Assembly (NCBI RefSeq): GCF_001447785.1 | Contig: NW_015164188.1 | Span: forward strand, 588,472 to 652,471 | Source: Gekko japonicus | Taxonomy: Eukaryota | DNA: 64,000 bases | Direction: 5' to 3' | Part shown: positions 11,838 to 24,660 of the stretch, piece by piece | How positions within the stretch are numbered: position 1 is the stretch's first letter | How the letters are laid out: every line of letters begins with the position of its first letter | The notes under the pieces: generated by a model | Database searches by the model: none | Told to the model about the DNA's origin: nothing | Seen by the model: the letters and a program-made list of their open reading frames with translations, nothing else | Program-made: the position numbers and the translations under genes

Positions 11838-12507
11838 ATCTCAACAAAAACCTTATAGACACGGCGTAGAAGACTTAGAGTCTATAATTACATTGTAACT
11901 AAAGCTGATGTATGAGTATAGTATCCATTTTGTTAGATGTTTTCTATTCTGTTTCTTATGTCTTTTCGTTTTTCTGTAGTATCTTTCTACGAAACTAATA
12001 AAAACTGTTTATATAAAAAAGCAATGTGTGCATAATTGCATCTTCATGCACACCAGGAAGCTTTCAGCTGACCTCTAAGGTGAGAAGGGGGGAGGGGAGG
12101 GCAGATTGAGACACCTTCTTTGTCTTTCCTAATGCCGGTTCTTCTGCCTACAGCTTTGCAGCACACAGGGTCAGGAACGGGTTAATTGAAAAGATGAGTT
12201 TTTTCAGAGGGGGAGGCAGGTTCCTCCATCTGTCAAAACACGTTTCAAATAAGCGGTTATGCACATATGCAGAAGACAAATTTTTAAAAAGAAGCCACCC
12301 GACCACCCATTCCATGGTTGCTGTGCAGCAATAATCTTAATGGTTGACCATGGAGTGACCACGCAGTGAGGCCAGTTCAGGGTGGAATGTATGATTAAAA
12401 CTCTTTGTTACCAACTGCAACTGAGTACATAGAGCCAGGGCCAGACCCTGCCAACCCTGCAGTCTGACCACAGCCTATATATATGGACTGGTAACGTCAA
12501 TTTCAAT

Positions 12508-12592
12508 GTATCTGAAGAAGTGTGCATGCACACAAAAGCTTATACCTTGAATAAAACTTTGCTGGTCTTAAAGGTGTCACTGGACTCAAATT
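12508..12592 (+). mobile_element. Penelope-like pLTR remnant with mutated hammerhead motif
   Basis: GTAT-CTGAAGA-A-GTGTG-CATG-CACAC-aAAA-GCTT-ATAC, then AATAAAACTTTGCTGGTCTTAAAGGTGTCACTGGACTC. Confidence 0.7.
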
Positions 12593-13134
12593 TTGTTAGA
12601 TAGATGATAGATAGATTATATTTTTGCAGCATTCTGCCCTGGCTGGGAGGGCTGGGTATAAATTTGAATAAATAAATATTAATCACCTCCAGTCTATATA
12701 AGTAAAAGACAAGATGTCTATGTTTTAGCTACCTTCCCAAGAATTATATGGTTTGAATGCTCCAGTCCCATAGCCAAGGAATTCTTATTGCAAAGCAGAC
12801 ATGAAAAAGTACAGGATTTCTCCCCAGAGAACCAGTGAGAAGGTGACCAGAGTGTTATTTTCCATCTTTTGCTTCAAGCCTACCCACCTACCATGAGAGA
12901 AACAGTGCCAGTAAAAATTTACACTATTCTTACCACTGTTGCAGAGGGAGTTCATGAAGAGAGATAAAAAGCTAAACTACCATTCTCCTACTCTTAACTT
13001 TTATATTATCTCTCTCACCTGTTATTAAATATGTTAATTAATCCCATTTTAGGATTTTTTCCTAATCTCACCTAATCGCATTCCCACCCCAAACCCTAAT
13101 TATTCAGGTTTTCACCCATATTTTCTCTTATCCT

Positions 13135-13810
13135 GTAAAATGGAACTCTTCCACCAGGCTTTTGGGAGTCGCCACCACCAATGAAGAACATCAGTTGGTT
13201 AAAAAGGATTCTGGATCCTGAAAACTGCCATCAACAGCCTTAAAGAACAGGAAACCCTGCAGGGACATCCAACTAACACCGAGAGCCAACTGCGAGCGGA
13301 GAATGTTCTACACTGCCTGATACCGCTATATGACTATTAAGGACCACTAGCACTTTATTAGGATTTTATGAAAGAAGAACTAATCTTTAGACTTTTGGAT
13401 GCAGCTGAAATGGATGAGTTAACCTTACAATTAAATGAAAAATTAGAAAGTGACTTTGAAAGAAAATGGGTGAAATTTTGCAAATGGCTACACGGTCATT
13501 TAGCAGGACATAAAGTATAAGATACAGACGGCTTTAAAGAACTTGATTCATTAGATATATGTGAACCAAAATGTAACCTAAGTACAGACTCCGGCTTTTG
13601 TTTTTTCTACTCTGCTCTTATTCTTATCATTTCTTTCTCAATCTTTATCTATGAAACTAATAAAATTTCATATATATATGGATTTTATATTTGTTTTAAC
13701 CACAGCTATGTTTTAATGTAATTATCTGTTTTTATGTGAGCCGCCCTGAGCCAACTTTGGCTGGGAAGGCAGGGTAACAATCTGAAAAATAAATAAATAA
13801 ATAAATAAAT
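13135..13810 (+). mobile_element. L2 LINE 3' end, interrupted by an L1 fragment
   Basis: TGTGAGCCGCCCTGAGCC...GGGAAGGCAGGGTAACAA followed by an (AAAT)n tail. Confidence 0.65.
13370..13679 (+). mobile_element. 5'-truncated L1 3' fragment, same family as 4616..12019
   Basis: Collinear with 11690..12005 (GATGCAGCTGAAATGGA...GACTTTGAAAGAAAATGGG...GAAACTAATAAAA). TSD GGATTTTAT at 13361..13369 and 13680..13688. Confidence 0.88.
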
Positions 13811-14471
13811 CCTGACACACAAATTTTCTCATACTCTTTTCTGATTCAGGGCCTAATTACACGGTATACTTCACCCAAGTACATCTGATACAGTTAACAG
13901 ATATGGTCTGAAAATTCTGTACTTAGAAATATGATTATCGAGCACTGGAATAAATTTTTGTTAGTCTTTAAGGTGCCACAGTCCTGTTTATTCTTGCTGC
14001 AACAGGCAAACATGACTACCTCTCAGGCTATATACCTTCTTTATCTTTTTTTCCCTTCTTTGGACTGGCAGAATTCCTCAGTGCACTACTCTGATAGCAT
14101 CTGAAGCATCTCTGAGCTGGTCAAGGTCGCATTGAATTAGTCACAGGGAGTCAGGTGGCTTTCAATGAACTGCTTCCCCTTTTTTATCATAGCTGAATCT
14201 ATATGAAGCAAAAACTCATGCCTTTTTAGAAGATAACTTGGTAATATTTGTCAGGATTTAGTAGGACCAAATTAAAACATGGAAGCTCCATTGTTACCTA
14301 TTTGTGTAATCTACATATGCTAGTGGATATCACCACATCTAGTAGCAATTAATTCAATTGGTTAATCAAGTGTTGCATGAAAAAATGCAGTTAAGTCCCC
14401 ACTGATATGGTTGTTATCCACACATGCTCTTGCAGTTTCCACTTTAGTGTATATACTGACAGAGCTAAGCC

Positions 14472-15303
14472 TAGAGATGTAACATTTCTGGAAATTTTGA
14501 AGCCATGGAAAAAACATTTTTTTCTCGTATTTTTTTGGGGTGTGTGCATGGAAATTTCAGGAAAAGTTGAAATATATGCAATACTTACTGTCCTATCAAA
14601 CCTAAACTGATTTTACTTCTTTAACAACATAAAATTAATCATAAATCATAACTTATTCAGCACATAAAATTCCAACATTTGATATATTTTTGGAATTTAA
14701 ATGTTATAGCCTTAGTTTTAGGCAAGCATATATATACCCAATACTTGAGAGAAAACTGCAAGCTGATGCCTCCTACACTGTCTTAGGACATGTACCTTAA
14801 ATTTTGCTATCAGGTTAGACACAGCTAAGTTCTCGGTGAAACTTTCAGTTTTCCTCTGAGACACTGATGCAGTTTCTGCCCCACCTTCTTCTGATCTTTT
14901 TTCTCCCTTCAGCAAGGGAGGGCAGAAAGGTATTTTTTATCCAATCTGTGGGTAAATGTGTCACAGTGATTTGAGGGTAAGGTGAAAAGGTCAATCCTAT
15001 CATATCAAAAGATCAACAGAAGGCATGCAACTGTTGAGAAGCAATGAGAGCCTTGCATGCTCCCCTCATGAAGATTCAGTATCCTTCTAGTTGCAGAAAC
15101 TCATCTTACATTTAAGAGCTGTATATGTCTGCAGCATGCCTACCTTGTCTTTGAAAGCATTTCACTCATTTCATAAGAGTTTTTTCAGTACTCCTCAAAA
15201 TTTCATTTTTTGTTGGAAAACTGAAGAAAGGGCATCAGAAAAAAATGTGAAAAGTCCCCCCCCAAAAAAAAGATTCCCTTTTTTCTGGGCCTTTACATCT
15301 CTA
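14472..15303. mobile_element. Non-autonomous hAT-type DNA transposon (832 bp)
   Basis: TIR TAGAGATGTAA...TTACATCTCTA; 8-bp TSD GCTAAGCC/GCGAAGCC. Confidence 0.85.
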
Positions 15304-15646
15304 GCGAAGCCAGAAGGGAAGACTGATTCACCAATGTGTTTTTTTCAGTGCCAAAAAGGAACCCCTTTCAGAGATTATTTTGAGCAGTCACAGCAAGAGT
15401 GTTCAGCTGTTACCATGTTTATATGCTGTAGAGATTCCTTATTGACTAGAACATCCATATGGCACATTTTGGAAATACTACCCTCACTCCAAATGGGCTT
15501 ATTTTTTTCTTAATCAGGACAGCATGTAGCCAGATTTGATTAGCTATGTAGTAAGGTGATGTCCTCACCTGATCCCTGATTGGCTGGGCTTGATCAAGGA
15601 GAAAAGAAAGGGTGAGAAAAATGGTGCTAAAGCAGCTACAGATAAG

Positions 15647-15927
15647 AAGAAGAAGAAGAAGAAGAAATTGGATTTATACCCCGCCCTTCAGTACCCAAAG
15701 GTGTCTCAGAGCAGCTTACAAACTCCTTTCCCTCCCCCTCCCCACAACAGACACCCTGTGAGGTAGGTGGGGCTGAGAGAGCTCTGACAGAAACTGCTCT
15801 TTTTCAAGAACAGCTCTTATCAGAACGATGGCTTGCCGAAGGTCATTCAGCCATGCGCAAATGAAGGAGTGGGGAATCAAACCCGGTTCTCCCAGATTAG
15901 AGTCCGCGCACTTAACCACTACACCAA
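15647..15927 (-). mobile_element. Squam3-like tRNA-derived CORE SINE
   Basis: On minus: TTTGGTGTAGTGGTTAAG (A box), GGTTTGATTCCC (B box), CTCAGCCCCACCTACCTCACAGGGTG core and (TTC)n tail. TSD ACAGATAAG. Confidence 0.85.
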
Positions 15928-16549
15928 ACAGATAAGCAGCTCAATGGCAGTAAACTGGTACAATTAAAGGCTTTGGGGGTAGTCTTGAATACCTGAAATC
16001 ATTACATTAGGGCTGAAAAGCGAACCAGTAGAACATTCAGATCATCCTTACAAACTGAAGCACCTGATGCAGTTCCAGAGAAGAAAAAGCCCATGTACTG
16101 CCTGTGTTCTTGTCTCAGTTTCATATCATCTAGGATTCCACATGTTTGAAGCACAGGTACTTTGTGGCCTTTGAGTCATCAGTGAACAAGATTCGAGCAA
16201 CCTCCATGTGGAAATGCACACTGATAGTATTATTAATGACTACCTCAATACCATGCCTATCTAAGTTGTGTCAATATCAAAGTTTGAATTTGATGCCAAA
16301 CACTCATTTTAAAACTAAAAAATCCTTTGGTGACAAAAGCCTGAAAAAAACAGTTATGCAGTAAGCTATTTGTCAAAATTTCCTTGCACCATAGATTTAA
16401 AAGCAAAAAACTCTCCAGATATACAGAAGCTCACTGGATTTGAGCTAAAAGCTTTATTTATTTAAAACATTTATTGGCCACCTTTCTTGCTTTCAGGACT
16501 CAAGGCAACTTACAAACACAGATAAAACACACAAGATAAAATACATGAA

Positions 16550-17067
16550 GGCTGCGGTCACACGGAGCATTAGCCATGCTAGAGCGATGGAAGACAGGCG
16601 GAGTTTCCGGACACGATCTCACCGGCACATCTGGGAAGCGTAGCACTTCCGTGGCTCAACTGAGGCTTCCCGCCGAAAACACGCAGCAAAAAACTAGTAC
16701 CTCGGAGGTACTAGTTTCCGGTAACTGCGAGGCAAGGGCAGGCGTCTGATCGCGTTTCCGGAGGCATCCGGCGCCCGCCCATGTCCTCTTGCGAAAAAGG
16801 GTTTTTTCCCCCACATCTCCATGGATGCGCACAAGCACCCAACAGAGCATGCGCAGTCGTGGTGTACACGAAAAAAAACATCCAGTTTGCCGCACCGCGT
16901 GCTTCTTTTTTGCGCGCGGAATTGTCTTGCGATCAGCACCTCTCCCTTCCCACGGTACCTCCACGGTACCTCAACAGGAGGTCTGTTCTCTTTACCACGC
17001 GTTAGTTTGCCCCGGGGCAAACTGCCACGCTTCCCCCCCGCAGTTTCCTGCCCCTGTGACCGGGGCC
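16550..17067. mobile_element. CpG-rich PIF/Harbinger-type MITE
   Basis: TIR GGCTGCGGTCACA...TGTGACCGGGGCC; 3-bp flanks GAA/TAA. Related to 23541..24089. Confidence 0.75.
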
Positions 17068-17651
17068 TAAAAACATAAAAGTAAAATTTAAAATCACTAC
17101 TCAGGACTGCTAGTAAACTTAACGAAATGGAGTCTTAAATAAAACATTCTTCAAGTGTCTCCTAAAGATTGGAAGTGAGGGACCCCGGCGCATTTCCTTG
17201 GGGAGGCTGGTCCATAATTGTGGGGTTGCCACTGAAAAGACCCTCTCTTGTGTACCCACCAAATGAGCTTCTCTGATTGATGCAACAGTCAGAAGGGTCT
17301 CTCCTGTGATCTTAATTCCCAGGGAGGAACATATGGGACAAGATAGTCCTTCAGATAACCTGGTCCCAAGCCATATAGAACTTTTAAGGTCAAAACCAAC
17401 ACCTTGAATTGGGCTCAGGAACAGATCAGTAGCCAGTGTAATTGGTGTAATATCAGGGTCACATGATCCTGTTTGCTGGCCCTGTTTCACACTAGCTGCA
17501 GTTTCTGAACACTCTTCAGGGTAGTCCCCAGTAGGGTGCATTATAATATTACTAAGGCATGGATCTCTGTAGCTAGATCTGGCTGACCCAGGAATGGACG
17601 CAGTTAATGCACCAGCCAAAGCTGGGCAGGAGCACTCTGAATCACCACAGC

Positions 17652-17859
17652 CAGCATTCCTTCTCAGCTGAGTTAGTGTGAGCCAGCTCACAGTTTTTTA
17701 GCCTCCGGCTCACACATTTTTGTCTTAGCTCAGGAAGGATGGCTCCAGAGCAAACTAATTTATGCAGCAGCCAAATTGCTCACTCACAATTTTAATGCCA
17801 GTAGCTCACAAAGTAGAATTTTGGCTCACAGGACTCCACACAGCTTAGAGGGAGCACTG
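17652..17859 (+). mobile_element. ~206-bp hAT-type MITE family A, copy 1
   Basis: TIR of the CAATGTTCCCTCTAAGCTG type; 8-bp TSD ACCACAGC. Confidence 0.9.
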
Positions 17860-20178
17860 ACCACAGCCACCTAGTTTTCTAAGATAATTGCTGTGTTGAG
17901 TAGCACTCCCAAGGTATGAACCTGGCTTTTCAAGGGGAATATAACCACATCCAAATTACTTGTAGCTGTACACTAAATTCTTATTTATTTCAATTTATTG
18001 AGAACAATTGTATGCTGCCATTCCACACAAATAGGCGGCGAACACCAAGCATTTTAATATCTTAAAACATATTTCAAAATCCTTATTTTTCCAGGCCTTT
18101 AACCATATGATACATGTCCTATCCTGGGAGACAGAAGTTTATCAAGCCCATCCCCATACTTTCTACATAGCCAGAAACAATCACACCTTACAGGTTTGAA
18201 CAGCCTGTCTACAACTGTGTCCTTTCAGAGGGGGATTGTAATGCCATGGAAGAGATAAGCAATTGCATTTCCCTACATTCCTCCTCACCACTACGTAATG
18301 TACAGAGTTAGAACTAAAACAAAAGTGGAAAACATTTAGAGCTACTAGAGCTTCCAAAAATAATTTATTCACATAAGCGGTGATGATTGATTAACATGTT
18401 TTTGAAAATGCAGGTTTACTTGCATCAGATGGTATAACACAAGCATCCTGGGAAATCTGTGGCACAAAACATGTGGCACAGCAGAGAAGCTGCCTGCCTC
18501 TCCCACATTGGGAAATCCTGTCCAGAAATGTTCCTGTCAAGCAACAGCTAGAAGGAAAGCCTTCTAAATCAAATTAAAAGCGTGAATTGAAAAAGCAAAT
18601 AAGAAAGGGGGGGGATATTCTATGGTTAAAACTACCACTTGAGTGATAAAAATCTGTCTTCAGATTGATGGGCAATTACATGTTCCTACAATAGGAGGAG
18701 TTCCAGCACTCGTGAAGGCTTTTTCCTTTGCGAAATGTGGTTGCTGCTGTGATGCTCAGGGACATAGGGAAGTAGTTCTATCCACTTTGGTTATCTTTTC
18801 TACATTAAGTAATCAGATCTCATCAAAATGCAAATTAGCAACAAGGCAGAAATCTTCCCAGGGAGTAACACACAACTTCCCTGCGTTCTTGTCTTTCTCT
18901 CCCCAAGTACCAAACATCTTTGAAAACTCTTTGACAAACTGATGTGATACATAGATATGTCTTCCCTAGTGGTGCCATGGAAAGAGATTAAAATCCACAA
19001 GTAGCTGTTCAATTTTCCTCCCCTGGATTATTAAAACTGAACTCTATTCTTTGGTCCCCACTGGTTATCTTTAAAAGTACTCTAGAAACCCTTTGGGGAG
19101 CTAGTGTATTAAATGTGTCATAGATAGTTCAATTTAGTCTTGTTCTCAGAAAAAATGCATTTGCCAATCATCATTTAATGTACAGTTTCCATACTATAAA
19201 AGTGATCTATGCTCAGCAACTTGGCAAGTATCACAAGGATAAGGAGTTACTGTGTAACTATATGCTAACAATTTTATTTCATGACATCTACTGAAAGATC
19301 AAAGTTTTTTCTTCTATACTGTTAACCTAACACAGAACAACAATAATTTGCTATTGAATTACAGGGTTACAAAGAGCCACTTTGACCAGTCAACCAAATG
19401 CTTTCCTACACATGATTAAAAGAACCCCAAAAACACTGTGGCTGAAACATTGTCATATTTCTTTCTCCTGCAGGGTATCCCTATCTGTGTGGGAACAACT
19501 GGAGTGTATACACTTTTAATTGTGCATTCTTCAGCTGGGCCTAGGGGATTTAACCCTTCATCTGACTGGCAGCAGCTCTCCAGGGTAGGGAACTCAGCAG
19601 GAGACCGCCTGCCAGCAGCCCTCCTTTCCCTGTAGCCATTCATTGAGCCGGTGGGGGAGGGAAGGAGGGGCAATTGGTGTCACACCCAAACTATGCTGTC
19701 CAGCAGGCTGTGCTGGAAGCAATGTCATTGCATTCACATAATGCCAACGGAGCAAGTCCCCCATCCCCTATGATCTCCTTCTGGTTGTTAGCCCCAGGCT
19801 AGCAGCCTTACTTTTATGGTCTCAGGTGGAGGTCTTTCACATCACATAGTACATGATCCTTTCAAGTAAAGATTCCAAGGACTGAACCTGAAACCTTCCA
19901 CATGCAAAGCAGATGATCTAGCACAGGGGTCCCCAACTTTTTTGAGCATGTTGTCGTCTTTAAAATTCTGACACAGCATAGTGGACACAGGCACAAAATG
20001 GCTGCCACACAAAATAGCTACTGAAAGAGGTGGAACCAGCCACAAAATGGCTGCTGCAGCTAACCTTCAGTCACACAGTGATTCAGGTGACTAGCTGTGT
20101 TGGTCTGAAGCAGCAGAACAAAGTTCGAATCCAGTGGCACCTTTAAGACCAACAAGGTATTATTCTAGGTAGCTTATA

Positions 20179-20493
20179 AAAAGGTAAAGGTTCCCTTGCT
20201 CGAAAGCCAATCGAATCCGACTCTAGGGTTGCGGTGCTCATCTCCGTTTCAAAGCCGAAGAGCCAGCGCTGTCTGAAGACGTTTCTGTGGTCATGTGGCC
20301 GGCTGTTACCTTCCCACCGAAGTGGTACCTATTTATCTACTTGCAATTTCTTGCTTTCGAACTGCTAGGTTGGCAGGAGCTGGAACTAGAGATGGGAGCT
20401 CACTCCATCATGCGGCACACTCGGGTCTCGAACTGCTGAACTACCGACCTTCCACAGCCTGCAGTTCAGCGTCTTAACCACTTGAGCCACCGC
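20179..20493 (-). mobile_element. Sauria SINE
   Basis: On minus: tRNA-like head, CCAACCTAGCAGTTCGAAAGCA...GTAGATAAATAGGTACCACTTCGGTGGGAAGGTAAC core and (ACCTTT) tail. TSD AGCTTATA. Confidence 0.9.
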
Positions 20494-20571
20494 AGCTTAT
20501 ACCTTGGTATTAAAAGTGCCACTGGACTTGAACTTAAAAAGTCAGCACAGCCAATCAAATCTCCAATGGCC

Positions 20572-20780
20572 TCCTTGACTTGGACAACCCAGGTAAGCCT
20601 GATTTCATCAGATCTCAGAACCTAAGCAGGATCGACTGTGGTTAGTACTTGGATGGGAGACTTCCTTGGAATACCAAATCGGGAGGACAGAGGCAGGCTT
20701 TATTCAGCCACCTCTCTGAATATCCTCCAGGCCCACATTAGGGGTCAGCCATCAGAGGTCAATGTGACTCTCAGGTGCAG
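20572..20780 (+). mobile_element. 5S rRNA-derived SINE, degenerate copy
   Basis: GATCTCAGAACCTAAGCAGG...GGTTAGTACTTGGATGGGAGAC (5S internal control region) followed by a non-5S body. Confidence 0.75.
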
Positions 20781-22678
20781 ACACACATGTGCACATACAT
20801 GCACACACAGAGAGAAAATACCAAAAAACATCTCCACTGGCCAATCAGAAGTGTTGCTGGGCAATGACCCACCTGGCCCCACCCACTTTCTAAAAACACT
20901 TGGTGGGCACAAGAAAAGGGGCAGACAGGCACCATGTTGGGGAACCCTGCTTTAGCACTAAGTCATGGTTCTTTTCCTTTCTGGTCAAGTACTGCAAGAC
21001 CGCTTCTTTTGGTTCTCCACCTTTAAGACTGTATGGACCCTCTTTACATACAAACATATGGGAACTGACTTTGCACGTTTTCCCCTAAAACATTATCAAT
21101 GAAAAGACTTCATAGTCCACCATTTTTACAGGGGAAAGAATTGCTTGAATCAGCTTCCATATGGAACACCCACCTCACACATCAGTTGTATCTGAAGTGG
21201 TAGGAACGTACTCTCGTTCCTCCACTTTGCCCACCCGGTATGAACCCAGTTATACATCTAAATGGCCAAGTCAGGCAGCCAAGCACAAAACTGCCAAAAG
21301 CGTATTTATGACTGTTAAATGACAGTTTCAATTTCTTACTTAATTCTCCAATGCTGTTAAAAAAGCTAAACTTCCAAATTAATCCACAGTTTTATCTTTA
21401 TAAAAGGCTTAAGGCAAACAGTAGTTTTGATGTTATTTCCAACAGTATCAATAAAAGGGGGCAATGATAAGCCAGAAAACTGAGATAGGAATCATGTGTG
21501 AGCAATAAAGAGGGAGAGAACGGAGGTTCATGATCCGTGTCTTATTGTGGCTGTTTTAATTGGATTGTTGCATGGGTTTCTCTATGGAAGTGTGATAGGG
21601 ATTCCATAAATAAATAACTAGGTCAGTGTGTTAACTGAGAAAATGGTAGCATTTAAAACAAATGCAAGTATTCAAATACTTGCAGTGACATGAGGATGCA
21701 GTTAGAAAGGCACATGAGAAAAAGCATTGGACAATGTAAAGGGGACAGCAGCATAAAAACAGAAGAATTTACAGCCCTGCCTTTTAGCAAGAGAGTGTAT
21801 CATCAGCATTCACCAGTGGTGTTCATTTGTTATTACAAAGATTAGCCAGGGGCATTTTCCTACTCACTGTTTCTGCTTACTACTTTTCTCTGTTGTAGAA
21901 CAGGAAATTATTCTGCATTCATGAATATATGAATGAGATATAACCTTGCCTGTTGCTCTCTTTCACACACACCCCTCCCGATCTTAGCTTCCCTGGTTCC
22001 ACTCATAAAATGATACAATCTGGCATTTTCAAGCTATGCATTAGATTAGGGTACTTTGCAAATTGCTTGACCAGTGGGTTCAATTAAACACAGCTTGCCC
22101 ACTGTCTTCTTTCAGACTTCCATAGGGATGCTAATGAAATTCTCTCATATGAATTCCTCCCTAAATGTTACATTTCCGAATTGACCTTCCCTCATTTCCA
22201 ACATGGTGTTGGTTCATTTGTGAACTGCTTTTCTTCTGCTTTCAATTTCTGGATATTGTTAACATCACTGTCCATGTGCAGAGTGCCACCATGTTCAGCA
22301 TGTGCCTTCCCCCCCCCAAGTTACCAATGCCAGGCCATCTCATATGCACACTGATTAGCAGTGCAATACTAAACAGAGTTACATCCTTTCAAATCCATTC
22401 ATGTCCATGGGCTTAAAAGGAACCCTGCTTAGGATGGCACTGGAAACCACAGCACAAATGGCACATTAATATGAACATGCTATCACATCAAGAGTCTTTT
22501 TATGCTGTGATTTAATCAATGTACTGGGGAAATCTGCTCATCCTTACTTATTAATAACAACTAATATGGACATGACAACTCAACACCTGCACGGATACTG
22601 AAGACAGAAGGTACACTAGTGTTGTGAGTGTGTGACTGTATCCAAATAAAGTATAAGTTCTCCCAAAACTCAACACAC

Positions 22679-22922
22679 TAAGGTTGCCATAACCCCCTGG
22701 CCACCAGCAAGGGATGGGAGGTAGGGTTGTCAGATCCAGATTGGGAAACTCCTCAAGATTTGGTGAAGGAACTTGGGAAGGACAAGGACCACAGTGGGGT
22801 ACAATGTCATAGAGTCCACCCTCCAAAGCATCCATGTTCTCCACGGGAACTGATCTCTGTAGTCTGGAGATGAGCTGCAATTCTGGGGATCCCTAGGTCT
22901 CACCTGGAGGCTGGCATTCCTA
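22679..22922. mobile_element. hAT-type MITE family B (TAGGGTTGCCA TIR)
   Basis: TAAGGTTGCCA...TGGCATTCCTA, TSD CAACACAC/TAACACAC. Relatives near 26912, 36093, 37482, 39990, 45691, 47020, 48665 and 49171. Confidence 0.75.
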
Positions 22923-23540
22923 TAACACACTCACAGAAAAACTACTAGTAACTTTTGTCAAACATAATGAGCAGGTTTCTTCAGACACTCCCTATAGATT
23001 TATGTTTCTGAGATATAATTCCAATGGCTATTGATAGGAGGTTTCTGCAGTCTGTGGTGAATCTTTCCATAAACTAGGAGATGCCAATTTCCACTAGGCT
23101 CCACCGTGTATGATTGAACAGTATAGTTTACAACCATATGTGATATTCCATAAGTGATACGCACAATTTGCCTGATACATTTCCCCTCAATTCAGCAGAC
23201 ACTTTGGATGAATACAGGTGGCATTATCATTCAACATGAGTTAATTGCTTAACACTAAGCCTTCCTTATCAACACTAAGCCTTGATTCTCTCATTAAGTT
23301 TTGACATAGTAAAGTCACATACTGAACTTATCTTCCAAATGTAGTCAGATCTTAAATATTATCAGAGCCCATGGCTCTGACTCCTCCTTATCAGAAGGAA
23401 GGTCAAAGACACAGAGAATAGATATGCCTGGGACAGGAACCACTTTGAGAGGCAGCCATTCCTCTGGAAACTCTCTGGCTTATGCTCAAGCCACATTCCA
23501 AACTCCCTACTTGCCAGCAGTTCTGCATCCATCCAACCCA

Positions 23541-24089
23541 GGTCCCGTTCACATGGAGAAGTTGCCATGCTAAACACACGGATGATAGGCGGATTTTCGG
23601 TGTGCGATCACACCACAACATCTGGGAAGCGTAGTACACCTGTGGCTAACCCGTGGCTTCTCGTCGAAGATGCAGAGTAAAGAACTACCACATACAATGT
23701 ACTAGTTTCCGGAAAACGTGGGGCAAGGGTGGGCATCTGATCACGTTTCCGCTTGAATCCCATGGCATCCAGAGCCCGTCCATGTCCCGTTGCACACCGG
23801 ATGTTGGGGTTTTTTTACGTCTCCACAGGATGCGCACAATCATGCGCATGTGCAAACCAGTGTGAAAAAAAATCCCGTTTGCCATGGAAGCGGTGCCTAG
23901 TGATAGCCAGTGTGGTTGTGTCACACCGCTTCTTTGCTGCGCTGCAGGATAGCCGTGTGATCGGCACCTAATGGCCTAAGCACGGGACCTCGACGGGACA
24001 TGTGATCGGGCTGCCACGCATTACTTTGCTCTAGGGTAAACAGCCACGCTCCCCCCCCCCCGCATTTTCCGGCCCGTGTGACCGGGACC
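23541..24089. mobile_element. CpG-rich PIF/Harbinger-type MITE
   Basis: TIR GGTCCCGTTCACA...TGTGACCGGGACC; TSD CCA. Shares CATCTGGGAAGCGTAG and GTACTAGTTTCCGG blocks with 16550..17067. Confidence 0.78.
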
Positions 24090-24459
24090 CCAATGAGGTA
24101 TTAGTGCAGGGGTGCCAAACATAAGGCCCAGGGCCGGAACCGGCCCATCCAGGGCTCTTATCCACCCCACAAGAAACTGGTGCAAGGGAGGGAACAGGAG
24201 GCTGTTTGGGGAGCCACTCCCATTGTGGCTTCAGCGCAGCAGAACAACCTTGTCTGCAGCAGTCAAGCAGAACCCCTTCACTCCGTGGCAGCCTCACTGG
24301 CAAGTTGGGAGCTGCCGCAGCCGCATTCATGCTGGCTTGGGGTTCCAAGGCAAGGCTGCACACCTCTCCAGTTGTCCTGGGGATGCTGTTCCAGATGACC
24401 ATGGGGATCAGTGTTTGCATGTGGGGAGTACAGATGAGCCTCTGCTGGATCACCACAGC

Positions 24460-24660
24460 CAGCATTCCTTCTAAGCTGAGTTAGTGTGAGCTAGCTCACC
24501 GTTTTTTGGCCTCCGGCTCACACATTTTTGACTTAGGAAGGATGGCTCCAGAGCAAACTAATTTATGCAGTAGCCAAATTGCTCACTCACAACTTTAACG
24601 CCAGTAGCTCATAAAGTAGAATTTTTGCTCACAAGACTACACAGCTTAGAGGGAACATTG
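24460..24660 (+). mobile_element. hAT-type MITE family A, copy 2 (no TSD visible)
   Basis: Collinear with 17652..17859. Confidence 0.88.

Larger units (their letters stand above)
4616..12019 (+). mobile_element. Near full-length decayed L1-clade LINE
   Basis: 18-bp TSD AGCAATGTGCGCATAATT (4598..4615) / AGCAATGTGTGCATAATT (12020..12037). ORF1 and ORF2 motifs present. AATAAA and an A-rich tail at ~11997..12019. Confidence 0.93.
16454..17960 (-). mobile_element. Decayed L2 fragment hosting two MITEs
   Basis: L2-type tail at 16454..16515. Minus-strand RVFSVATPQLWTSLP...FRRHLK is the L2 ORF2 C-terminus motif. Confidence 0.7.
19924..20949. mobile_element. hAT-type MITE (CAGGGGTCCCCAAC TIR) containing nested Penelope remnant, Sauria SINE and 5S-derived SINE
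   Basis: CAGGGGTCCCCAAC...GTTGGGGAACCCTG; degenerate 8-bp TSD ATCTAGCA/CTTTAGCA. It splits a minus-strand tRNA-SINE head. Confidence 0.75.
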
